Source: Octopus bimaculoides (taxonomy: Eukaryota). Taken from it: DNA of 39,230 bases. Below are positions 10,023-21,248 of this stretch, in pieces. How positions within the stretch are numbered: the stretch's first letter is position 1; each line of letters starts with the position of its first letter. The position numbers and the translations under genes are program-made. The stretch spans positions 50,802,963-50,842,192 of the forward strand of contig NC_068990.1 in assembly GCF_001194135.2 (NCBI RefSeq), in the 5' to 3' direction. The notes under the pieces are model-generated. The model worked only from the letters and a program-made list of their open reading frames with translations, did no database searches and was not told the DNA's origin.

Positions 10023-11150
10023 TACAAGCCATGTATAGGGATGCTGTCAGTAAGGTAAGGTGAGGGTTGGCAAGGAGAATAGCGAAGAATTCTAGGTAGA
10101 TGTCGAGGCTCACCAAGTACCAGTCCTCAGATCCCTCTTGTTCATCATAGTCCTCTGGGCAATAACAGAAGAATTTAAGACAGGCTGCCTCTGGGAGCTC
10201 TTTTATGCTGATGACCTTGGTCTAATAGTTAAGTCACTACCAGACTGAGAGAAGACATTTCAGGCGTGGAAGCAAGGTCTAGAATTGAAGGGCCTTAGAG
10301 TTAACCTAACAAAAACCAAAGTCTTAATAAGTAGGGAGGACAAATCACAAATCCCTTCAGGTAGATGGCCCTACTTGATCTGCAGAAACGGCATAGATAG
10401 AAACTCCATAAGATGTATCTGGTGTAAGCTATGGACACATAAAAGGTGCAGCAATATCAAAGGAAGGTTGACTGGGAAGTTAGCTTTTGTGTGTGGGAGA
10501 TGCACAGGTGCAATAAACACTGAAAATGTAGAGAAAACAGATTCCATCACATGTCAGGAGGAAAAACTAGAAGTAGTTGATAGTTTCTGTTACATAGGTT
10601 ACCAAATGAGTAGTGGTGGGGATGCTCTAAAATAAGAATAGGTTGGGCAAAGTTCAGAGAGCTCCAACCTCTGCTGGTAACAAAGAGCCTCTTGCTCAGA
10701 GTGAAAGGTAGGCTGTATGATGCATGTGTGTGAACAGCCATGCTACACAGCAGTGAAACATTGGCTGTGGCTGCTGAGGATATGCATAGGCTTGAAAGAA
10801 ATGAAGCTAGTATGCTCTGCTGGGTGTGTAACATCAGTGTGCATGCACGACAGAATGTAAGTTTGCTGAGAGAAAAGTTTGACATAAGAAGCATCAGATG
10901 TGGTGTGCAAGAGAGATGACTGTGCTGACATGGTCATGCATTGTGTATAGATGAGGACAGCAGTGTGAAGAAGTGTCACACCCTAATGGTGGAGGGAACC
11001 TGTGGAAGAGGTAGACCCAGGAAAACATGGGGTGAGGTGGTAAAGCATGGCTTTTGAATATTGGGTCTCAGGTAATGACAAGTGACCGAGACCTTTGGAG
11101 ATATGCTGTACTTGAGAATACCCTGCAAGTCAAGTGAGATCATAGTCATA
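10023..11150 (+). mobile_element. RTE LINE 3' half (RT motifs through 3' end)
   Basis: ELFYADDL, KGLRVNLTKTKVL, KLEVVDSFCYIG, RLYDACV, MLCWVCNISV, GRGRPRKTW; same family as 4945-7653, opposite strand. Confidence 0.9.
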
Positions 11151-11184
11151 GCCAATTATTACTACAATTCCATTTATATATAGC

Positions 11185-12940
11185 TAGCAATATTTAGAGA
11201 AAAGATACTTAGAAGCATGTACACTAGCTAAAACTTTTTCTTTTCTAGAATTTAGTAGTTGATTTCTGGAAGAAGATATTTGGTATATCTTTTCTAGACA
11301 AAGCTCACACCTCCTATCATTGGTACTATATGTTTTAGCATGACTCATAATTTTCATCAAATGAACTTACTAAGACTTGTATTATTAATTTTTAGATGGT
11401 TCCTGAAACTATTCTCGTGGATAGCTATTTTCTTTATAAAGCATTCTGTTGATCCAAAAGTAATTCTTACCTTCAGATTCAACAATAGCCTGATATACCT
11501 GATTAATGCATTTACAAAAATTGCTAAATTTACAGTTGGACTTATCCTTACAATTACAAAATTTATTTTCATCAAATCTTTTAATTTTGTGCAATAACAA
11601 AGGAGTTCTGGTGGGTTATTTCCCCTTCACTATTTGAACTAAAGTTATCGTCATTACTTATGGCCAATTTATTATGTTGTCTATTCAATGAAGAAATGTC
11701 TATTTTACGATTCTCATAAAACTAATCAAGTTTGCAGTTGTTAATTGAAGAAATAATTCCAAATAGATTATGAAATAAAGAGAATCCTATTCTAGTTTTC
11801 CTTTTATCATTTCACTATATTTATTATTAGTAAAGTATTTAATTATTAATCTTTGCAAAATTTTAATTAAGTTAGATTTTATTTGTTTTCCAAAAGGGGA
11901 TAAGAAGCCATATAGTATCATCCTTATCAGAATTAGGATTATAATAATTGCCATTATTTATTCTAGTGGAGTTAACACAAGGTATATATGGCTTAGTCTT
12001 GTTCATGTGAGTACTATAAATTCCATTTCCATTTATTGGATTTCAAATTATACTGATCAATAGTATTATTATTCTGAGATTTCTTATTTCCATCATTATA
12101 CCCTATAAAACTTTAGTTGGACTCAATGCTTAACATTCCTGGATTGTTATCTTTATTATTATCAATATTCATATTACTAAATCTTTATTGTTGTTAAAAA
12201 TTTCCTCATTTGATGAGAGGTAATTAATTCTTTTTCAATATTTGAAGTTAAACAATTAGTTATTGATTTTGGATGATTACTTTTAAAGTTACTTAATTTA
12301 GAATTAGGTTTATGGTAAGGCTTATATTTCCCTGTTTTAAGATTGAAATTTATATCTAAGAAGTTTAACTGAGTGTATTGAAATAGATAGTCCAAATCAT
12401 TTAAAAAATGATAGAATTTTTTCTTATATATTTCTAGTTTCCTATGAGATGGGCTTTTGATAACAAAAAGTGCATCATCCCTATACAAACCACCTGCTAT
12501 TTCTGGAAATTAATTATTTAAATTAAATAAGATATATATTCCTACAAGATCTGTCACCTGTGCAGAATTGGCAGACCCCCATTGCAATGTCAAAACAGTC
12601 ATATGTGTCATTTCTAACCCAATATCTATTATCAAAATTAATAACCGATTTTCTAGCTACTAATATTACATTTATTTCATTCATACTCATGTTTGTAGTT
12701 TTTTTTTTTTTTTTGGTGAATAAGAATGCTTTATCAAGAACTATTGGGCTAATGGAGGAATAATAGTCATTAATATCAACCTGCAAGAATTTATATCTGT
12801 CCTTGTTTTTAATATGATTGAACCAACCTATTGCCTTCTGTGTATTAGACCAAAGTTCCAATTGAATCTTCTTTTTCAGGACAATAATATATTTGTCAAT
12901 AATAGACTTTATTTAATTTCCCTATGTCTGATTAGGGATA
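11185..12940 (-). mobile_element. Penelope-like element remnant: RT plus GIY-YIG endonuclease
   Basis: WSNTQKAIGWFNHIKNKDRYKFLQVDINDYYSSIS, GLYRDDALF, FLDINFNLKTGKYKPYHKPNS, then QVYQAIVESEGKNY.GSTE...HENSFR (GIY-YIG) and RRCELCLEK...LLNSRKE; many frameshifts. Confidence 0.88.
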
Positions 12941-13770
12941 AAAACTATATTTTTATACTTATGCACACACAAGATATATATATATATATATATANNNNNN
13001 NNNNNNNNNNNNNNNNNNNNNNNNNNNNNNNNNNNNNNNNNNNNNNNNNNNNNNNNNNNNNNNNNNNNNNNNNNNNNNNNNNNNNNNNNNNNNNNNNNNN
13101 NNNNNNNNNNNNNNNNNNNNNNNNNNNNNNNNNNNNNNNNNNNNNNNNNNNNNNNNNNTTTTTAACAGCTATTCTATTCAAATTAAACTACACATACACA
13201 AGCAAAAATAAGTCAATCTGATTCGATAAGATTTTATAATAATATATAGATAGTAATATACATTGATTATATAAATCAATATAAACTTACATAGATAACA
13301 GTTTCATTTTTATTTTTTTACCCTTATATTAAATTTTAATCTTTTTTAATATCATTTTTTTATATTATTAGCATATACATACACAAAATAAATATACTTT
13401 TCTTAGCCTATTGATAAAATCCAATCCATAGACAGGTAATTCTTTCTACTGAAGCCCTAATGAGATTCTACCCAATATTATTCAAAATGCTATTTTATTC
13501 CTATCATTTGATTTATTCCAATCTTTAATTTGCAATTGTATATTGGATTGAATTGAAATGTGCATAGGCTTTATTTGATTTTATTTTTTGGCAGTATGTT
13601 AATAAATTAATTTTATATCCTTACAAAGTTGGTTTGACATACATTAGTTTGACATACAAGAAATGGGAAAAGAAGGAAATATCTTTAACATCCATTCTTC
13701 TTTTGAAAGATAGGACAGAGATGAAGAGAAGGAAAATTAGAGAAATAGAAATGCTCGCTTGTGTATCCAA

Positions 13771-15830
13771 CTTATTTCCAACCCATACTTTACTGACAGC
13801 ATCCTTGTATATGGCTTGTATAGCTCTCACTAGCCACTCTACTAGTCTTAGTTTCTGCAGTAACAACCAAATAAGGGGATCCTATCAAAAGATTTCATCA
13901 TGTCAACAAAAGCTAAGTACAGAGGTTTACTTTTGGGCAGGTACATCTCCTGCAGTTGTCTTACCAGGAATATAGCATCAATGGTGCTTCTCCTTGGCAC
14001 AAAACCAAACTGCGTCTCATCTAGACTAACACTCTTCCTAATTAGTTAAGCAATAACCTTCTCCGTAACTTTTATCACCTAATCCACCAATTTGATACCT
14101 CTGTAATTATTTCTAAGGTGTCACCTTTGCCTTTGAAGTAGTTGAGTATGGTGCTGCTACATCAGTCATTGGGTATGAGTCCCTCATGTACAACCTGATT
14201 GACTATATGTGCGATGAGACTATAACCCACACTGCCAGATATTTTAAGCTTCTCAGTGGTGATTCCTGATGGGCCAGGGGCTTTCTCAGTCTTCATATCC
14301 TTCATGACTTTATCTACCAAGCTACTGTCTATTTGGATAGTTGGTCCCTCTGTTGGATCTACCTTAGCCAGACTCTCCTCCCATGAGTTCTCTACATTTA
14401 GCAGCTTTTCATAGTAACACTTTGAAGCCTCCTTCTTAGCAGAGTCACTAATTGCAAGTGAACCATCATTCATGCAAACGCACTTCTCTCTAACCACATC
14501 ACAATTTTCCGTGACACAGTTTTGTAAGCTGGAACACTTCAAGCTGCTGGTCCTCATGTCACAGAACATTGGCAAACCTCTTCCTTTCTGCTTCACCCTT
14601 GGCTAGGTATACCTGCCTCCTAGTTTCCCTTCTAGCTACATGATATAGTTTCTTGCTACTGCAGCCCTTCCAGGCCTGCTTCTTTCCTTCAATGGCCCTG
14701 TCAACTACACTGTTTCACCACAATGTCACAAATTTGGTCTGTGGCTCTCAGTACGTTGTCTCATAGGAACTTCCAGTTATTCTCTATGTGACATGTCTTT
14801 AACTCCTCCTTCTCATTAAATGCATCAGTTATGACTTCTGTAAGTCACTGACTATTCAGAGTATCCTTAAGCTTCCAGGCCCTTCTTTTCCAGACTGGCT
14901 TCTTTCTTAGAATCCTTCTTACTTGTAGTCTGAAAACACTAATGACTAATCTATGCTGAAGGGTAATTCTTTGCCAGGGAAGGTCTTTGCATTTATGAGC
15001 AACCATGAATCTCACTTCTTGGTGAGAATATGGTCACTGGATTTATAGTTATCAGGTGATTTGTTGGTTTCCTGAAGTTGGTGTTGCAGATCATTAGGCC
15101 ATTCATATCACAGAACTCTAGCAACCTTGTTCCCTCTTCATTTTGGGAATCAATTCCATGGCTCCCATGTACTCCATGGAAGACACCTGGGTGCTGCCCA
15201 ACATGTCTGTTGAAATCACCAGCCACAAAGATAAGGTCACCATAATTTGTCCTTGAGGCAGCCTACAGAAGAATGTTATAAAAGCAGTCCTTTTGTTCAT
15301 TCGGCAGACAAGGTTTGGTGGTGGTGGTAGTAGGGGGGAAGCAGAGGCAGAGATGATTGTTGCTATGCTACTCTGTAAATCTAGTTGAAGCTTAATTACC
15401 CTATCATACACTCTGTCTACTCCAATCATCTTATTGACCCATTTCTCTGCTAGAAGTATGCCCATACCTCCTACTCCGTCACTGTTGCTCTCCCAGAAGT
15501 GTTTTTTTTTATACCTATGTCTCTTGTCTGTGAGGAATCTGGTTGAAGCTCACCTCCTCCTTACTTCTTGAAAGCAGCACATGTCAGCATGTCTCTGTTC
15601 AAGCATCTCAACAATATCACCAGGCCTATCTTTCAATATGCCTACATTGATAGTGCCAACTGTGAGGGAGTGTATAGGAGGTAGGAGGTAACACAAGGCA
15701 GGGAAACTGGCTTTTGACATCTGAAAGGGAAGTTCTAAAGAGCATTGTGAACAGACATGACATAACAATTGTCCTTGCATTTAATCTCCCATCATTCATA
15801 TTACTTGCTGCTCCCACTGGAAGTGGGTTC
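13771..15830 (-). mobile_element. RTE LINE 5' half: apurinic endonuclease and first part of RT, broken mid-RT
   Basis: VGTINVGILKDRPGDIVEMLEQRHADMCCFQEVR, GDFNRHVG, LLEFCDMNGLMICNTNF, KAPGPSGIT, NYRGIKL, ending at AIQAIYKDAVSKVWVGN. Confidence 0.9.
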
Positions 15831-16561
15831 TAAATAAGTATTAGAACAAGTGATGTTAGTACAAATACAGTTAATCAAATAAATGAATAAGAGTAGAGTA
15901 GTTATTCATTATATATAGTTAGATGGTTAATTAACTAAGCAATAAAACTGGATACTGCATGATCACAGTTAGTTTTGCTTTCTTTGGGGTGAAGTAGTAA
16001 GCTACAGCATTTGTAATTGCAGCAATGTGGGTGACACTACTGGGAAGAGGGACGGATGAAGGGTTGCCATGAGAAGTTCTGGTACAGAAGGGAGATTTAC
16101 GGTATAGGTGGAAAAGGGTGGGCACATTGTGGATAAGTAAACATTGAAGCAAAATTCTTAGTATTAACGAAGAGAATGACAGGAGAAAGGAGAGATGGAG
16201 CAAGCATAAGTTAAATTAAATTAAATCAAATTAACTAAATTAATCAAGTTAAGTTAAATTAATACAGGTGGGGGCTAGTGAGGTAGAATGTGGATTAATG
16301 CTGGGGTGCAAAGACCAACTTATCTTATCTGTTCCTATCTTGGCATGCGTGTCGGATAGTTAGCCAAAAGAGAAATCGAAGGTTTGGGATCTTATTTATA
16401 CTAAATGGTTGGCAGGAGGCAATATGGCTGCCAGAAGTATGCAATGAAAATACAAATAGAGGATATAGAAAGCTCTAATGAAATATAGAGATGTTTATAA
16501 CAAGTAAGATATGTAATAAGCTAAGAACAAACACCAAGAAATTTGTGTAGTATTTACATAC

Positions 16562-16637
16562 CTAAAGAATGTTTATATGTTCCTGAGACCATGGAATTAT
16601 GAGCATTGAGTAAAGCAAGGGCAATGTTGTCTGGATG
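16562..16637 (-). CDS. GTF3C3: GTF3C3 coding exon (76 nt, phase 0 to 1): HPDNIALALLNAHNSMVSGTYKHSLG
   Basis: Acceptor ttctttcatctttgtcttaatAG, donor GTatgt; matches recalled human NPENHALCVLNGHNAFVSGSFKHALG. Confidence 0.92.
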
Positions 16638-16863
16638 CTATTAAGACAAAGATGAAAGAATTATTGATTTATTTTTTAAAGTTTTAATGTTGAAATGTAC
16701 ATTGTAACCATTTGGCTCACACAAAGTTAATATTTGTAATAAATTACACTGCTTTGTGAATATATGGAGTGATCTGATTTAAATTAACAAAAAATCATTT
16801 CAAATTGCATCCAATAGAATGTTGAACTATGTTAAGAAGGTGTCTTTACATTTTAAATATATA

Positions 16864-17740
16864 CGTGGTCTGATCAATAAGTATCCGAACTGTTGCCATA
16901 GTAACAAATCTAAAAGAACACAAAGTAAAGCCGCTAGGGGAAGATTGACACTGAACTCTGCTGTGCATGCACATTAAGTTTTAACATTCTAGCTCACTTC
17001 TGCTGTTTACAGCAGTACTTGGAAAGAAGATGTGTAGTATGTGATCATCATATTGACCATGACAGAGATAGTTGAGAAGAGAATCGGCATCAAATTTTGC
17101 CAAAAGTTTGGTGATACCTGCTCAGAGGCCTATGCAAAGTTTTCAAAAAGCTTTTATCATTCTTGACATAATCAACAAGATCTTGTGCAACTGAAACCCA
17201 AGTGTCTTTTTGGTCAGCTGAAAGCAGTTTTGGAGCAAATTTGGAAGACATGCGTCTCATACCCAAATCCTCAGTGATAATGGACTGAACTGAAGTGTAA
17301 CTAATCTGCACATCTGATAACTCATGGATGGTGATTCAATGATTTTCCCTCACAGCTGCATGCACATCTGTGATGTTTTTCTCAGTTCTGCTGGTTGCAG
17401 ATCTCCCAGAATGTTTGTCAATATCGACATTTTTTCGGCCATCTTGGAAACGTCTGAACCACTCATACATTTGTGTGTGGCTCATACACTTTCTGCAAAT
17501 TTGCGCAGGCTTTTGAGCAGGTATCGCCATGACAACTTTCTCTGTCATAGTCAATGCGATAATCACACGCTACACACCTTCCTTCCAAGCACTGCTGTAA
17601 ACAGCAGAAGTGAGCTAGAATGTTAAAACTTTGTGTGCATGCACAGCAGAGTTCAGTGTCAATCTGCCCCAAGTAGCTCTACTCTGTGCTTTAGCTTTGT
17701 TACTATGGCAACAGTCCGGATACTTATTGATCAGACCTCA
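16864..17740. mobile_element. Fold-back non-autonomous mariner made of two inverted 5' ends, TA target duplication
   Basis: TA at 16862-16863 and 17741-17742; both ends read YGWGGTCTGATCAATAAGTATCCG. Left arm 16864-17149 is inverse-homologous to ~17490-17740. The minus strand carries the transposase HTH N-terminus (MYEWFRRFQDGRKNVDIDKHSGRSATS; LGMRRMSSKFAPKLLS), with no DD34D domain. Confidence 0.9.
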
Positions 17741-18827
17741 TATATATACTTTTGTTTATTAAATATTATTTTTGATGGCTTAGTCAGAGTAGGAAGGGCA
17801 GTACCTAACATCTTTCCCAGGATCTCCAACATTGGTGGGAAGAAAAGAAAACATTATACTCAGAACAGAGATCTGGTCTGAATGCTTTCCACAAAGTTGA
17901 TTCTGCTAAAGATCCCCATGGTCAGGTGGTGGTNNNNNNNNNNNNNNNNNNNNNNNNNNNNNNNNNNNNNNNNNNNNNNNNNNNNNNNNNNNNNNNNNNN
18001 NNNNNNNNNNNNNNNNNNNNNNNNNNNNNNNNNNNNNNNNNNNNNNNNNNNNNNNNNNNNNNNNNNNNNNNNNNNNNNNNNNNNNNNNNNNNNNNNNNNN
18101 NNNNNNNNNNNNNNNNNNNNNNNNNNNNNNNNNNNNNNNNNNNNNNNNNNNNNNNNNNNNNNNNNNNNNNNNNNNNNNNNNNNNNNNNNNNNNNNNNNNN
18201 NNNNNNNNNNNNNNNNNNNNNNNNNNNNNNNNNNNNNNNNNNNNNNNNNNNNNNNNNNNNNNNNNNNNNNNNNNNNNNNNNNNNNNNNNNNNNNNNNNNN
18301 NNNNNNNNNNNNNNNNNNNNNNNNNNNNNNNNNNNNNNNNNNNNNNNNNNNNNNNNNNNNNNNNNNNNNNNNNNNNNNNNNNNNNNNNNNNNNNNNNNNN
18401 NNNNNNNNNNNNNNNNNNNNNNNNNNNNNNNNNNNNNNNNNNNNNNNNNNNNNNNNNNNNNNNNNNNNNNNNNNNNNNNCCTTCAAAAGTATTTCAGCCA
18501 TATCTATCCATTTGACCATTTTACCCAGAATCAAATACCTAGGATCACATTATCCAATATGTCCTTTTCTAACAATGTGGGGTGTGATTTGCAGAAAATC
18601 TGGCCACTATTTCTATAAGGTCAAGTTATTGCAGAGAGGCTCCCTTATACTAAGCTGATGTTTGGAACAGCAAAAGACAAATGTTTAACATATGAAATGT
18701 TGCATTAATGATAAACAAAATTAAATATGAATACTTGAATAATAAAAATTTGAGGGGATTAACATTCGTTTTTTTTTTTTTTTAAAGCAATACAATTTAA
18801 AATGGAAGTATAAGATATCGGGCTTAC

Positions 18828-18926
18828 TTTCATCATTAGACGTAAACAGAACCTGTTGTGACGTCCATCAGAAGAACATATAATGACTTGATTGAAAAGA
18901 TTCCAGGCTTGGTTATTATTGATTTC
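18828..18926 (-). CDS. GTF3C3: GTF3C3 coding exon (99 nt, phase 0 to 0): EINNNQAWNLFNQVIICSSDGRHNRFCLRLMMK
   Basis: Acceptor cttttctcttgtctttttcAG, donor GTaagc; only frame 0 is open; matches recalled human ENVNKPQLWNIFNQVTMHSQDVRHHRFCLRLMLK. Confidence 0.95.
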
Positions 18927-19163
18927 CTGAAAAAGACAAGAGAAAAGTATTTAATAAAATAATATTTCTATCTGAAACTTTTTAAAATTTATAAAAAAGA
19001 CACTAATACCTATTAAGCATAGATATAGAAAACTGTCCAAAAGACACTATCACAAAATAGAATTTTTCTTTTGGAGTATACTACATTTGATGTATCTTAT
19101 GTAAATCTTCAAACATATACTGGTTTCTAACAATTAAATGGAATTCATACATTTATTCTTAAG

Positions 19164-20107
19164 TAGTGGTTCTCAATCTTTTCTTTGCTCCACTCTCCTA
19201 AGAAATGGCTTGATTAATTTTCACTCTCCCTACAAAAGTAATATAATATTTGAAGATGGAAAAGTCAATTTTCTAGCAACTAACTTATATTTTTAATTGA
19301 ATCACATACAGCAACCAAACTGAACTAAAAAAAAAATACACTTTTGAGTAATTAGGAAAAAACTCTTTAAACAATGAAATTAATCACAGCTGTGAAAATA
19401 AAACTCAATGACTTCTTTTGTTCTTGCTTCTCATTCATGACTTTATCAAGACAGAATCTTTTACTAATAGTGATCCACAGGTAATTCCTCAATTTTTTTT
19501 TGATTGGCAAAAGAGAATTCACACAAATATGTTGTTCCAAATGAAATGAGTACACAGAATTCTTTTCCAGTGCTGAACACTAAAACTTTTCCAAAGACTA
19601 GCTTTTAAATTATAACCAAAGAGCTTGACTTGTCTGTAAATCAGTAAGATTTTACTTAATCCATCTGATATTTTCTCCAAGTTGCAGGAATATAGATTCA
19701 TAAACTTTTTTTTTTAATCTTTAGGGTTCCAGTAGCAAAATATCCATCAAACAATTTTGACAGCATTTCCACATATGCTACAATTTCTTCAAGCTCAGTA
19801 AAAGTTATGTATCCAGCATCATCAATCATCACTTCAAATGAAGGGAAATTTGAAGGATTGCTTTTTTCTATCTGACACCAAAGGAGTAATTTTTTCTTTG
19901 GAATCATTTAGCTTTTCACAAGCCTTTAACATATCCTTTCTTATCAAGAGAAGCCCTTAGGTCAATCACTGAAACTGTCTGCTCAATAAGCTAGCATATG
20001 AGTGAATTTTTGTGATTATAATGCTTCAGCTAGATCACATTCACACTCCTGTAGAAAAACTTTTAATGTCTTGCTGCATGTTTCAAAGAAGTAAATTAAA
20101 ATTTCTC
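19164..20107 (-). mobile_element. hAT (Buster/ZBED-like) transposase C-terminal remnant with probable 3' TIR
   Basis: Decayed frames FFETCSKTLKVFLQECECDLAEAL..MLAY.ADSF, KKLLLWCQIEKSNPSNFPSF, LSKLFDGYF, VLISFGTTYLCEFSF, IKKKLRNYL...KQEQK (dimerisation domain). TAGTGGTTCTCAA at 19164 resembles a Buster TIR. Confidence 0.8.
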
Positions 20108-20303
20108 CTGTGAAAAAAAAAAAAAAAAAAAGGACTTTGGCACTTCCTACATCTTCACAAAATGATTAGAAAGATAAGGTGAATCAAAGCAATCCTCTTA
20201 TTTGGTTGAAATAGCTCATAATTAGTAGTGTGCATTATTTATGAGTGCATTTAGAAAAATAAAATAAACTAAGTAAAAAAAAAAGAATAGTGCAAAAACT
20301 AAC

Positions 20304-20390
20304 CTTGACACAAATTTCTCGAATAAGATTATATGCCAACTTGCCATTTCTACTGAGAGTACAAGCTATAAGGCATAAAAATTCAGCTTC
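20304..20390 (-). CDS. GTF3C3: GTF3C3 coding exon (87 nt, phase 0 to 0): EAEFLCLIACTLSRNGKLAYNLIREICVK
   Basis: Acceptor cctgttttctctgtAG, donor GTtagt; aligns to recalled human ELEYFGLSAAILDKNFRKAYNYIRIMVM. Confidence 0.92.
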
Positions 20391-20507
20391 CTACAGAGAA
20401 AACAGGTAACAGTATGTTATATTTTTTTATGAATAAAAACAAAGTTTTCCTCAGAAGTACATTTATAAAAAATCTTATAAAAATCATTTAGAAAAATCTG
20501 TTGTTAC

Positions 20508-20553
20508 CATTGCTCCTGACAGTACAATGTATCAGGTATAACAGCTCAGTTTT
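20508..20553 (-). pseudogene. Diverged tandem duplicate of the 5' part of the 20390-20304 exon (KTELLYLIHCTVRSNG); pseudo-exon or poison exon
   Basis: 37/51 nt ungapped identity (20553-20503) to the first 51 nt of the real exon, starting exactly at its own acceptor ttgtattttattcccAG. Candidate donor G|GTAACA after 46 nt; read-through stop TAA at 20490-20488. Confidence 0.7.
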
Positions 20554-21248
20554 CTGGGAATAAAATACAATATCCATATACACTTCTGAATTTTGAAATA
20601 TGTATGAAGATAAAATTAGTATTACTGAGGTAAAGGTAATGTAAAAACTGGTAACTTTTGAATGGGTAAATGATTCTGAAAATGTAATGAAATCTTAATT
20701 AGATATGATAAGCATGTTATGTTCATATTATGGCTCAAATTCAGATGGAGTTGACTTTATTTATCATTCTTTTAGTTCTGACAAATACTAGTCAAATGCT
20801 GGAGATTAATTAAATCATCTATAATCCCTATGTCCACCCAAATAATATGTGTAGTCTTGTGTTGATTTCATTATTCTTATTGAAAGCATAATCGAAGATC
20901 AATTTCAAATGTATGCAAATGAATTAAATTAAAATATACACAATTGATTATAATTACATGGATTTTATAATTTGGGGTTTTACAACTTGGTCAGATATCG
21001 TAACATATGAGTAGTTAGTGGTTTCTTTTGAATTTACAGGTTTCTGTTCAGGAAATTAATTTTTCTTTGTCTATGCTTCAGTAGTTTTCCCATACTTTAG
21101 TGGAATACACTATTAGATAATGAAGCTGCATTAGTTTTAATAAGAAATTTCCTGTATCACATGATTTTCAAACAGAAGGCACTTGGTGCACAGAGGAGGA
21201 ATTTCAGTCAAAGAAAGGTTTCTGAACTGAGAAAGAATGTGTTGTGTG

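Noticed and set aside
17860-18658. Long ORFs of 224-258 aa (also those over 12995-13158, 22812-23101 and 24449-24817)
   Set aside because: Open only because they span N gaps.
19156-19163. 8-bp TSD for the hAT remnant
   Set aside because: TTCTTAAG does not fit the Buster nnnTAnnn pattern and the other end of the element is missing, so no TSD can be claimed.
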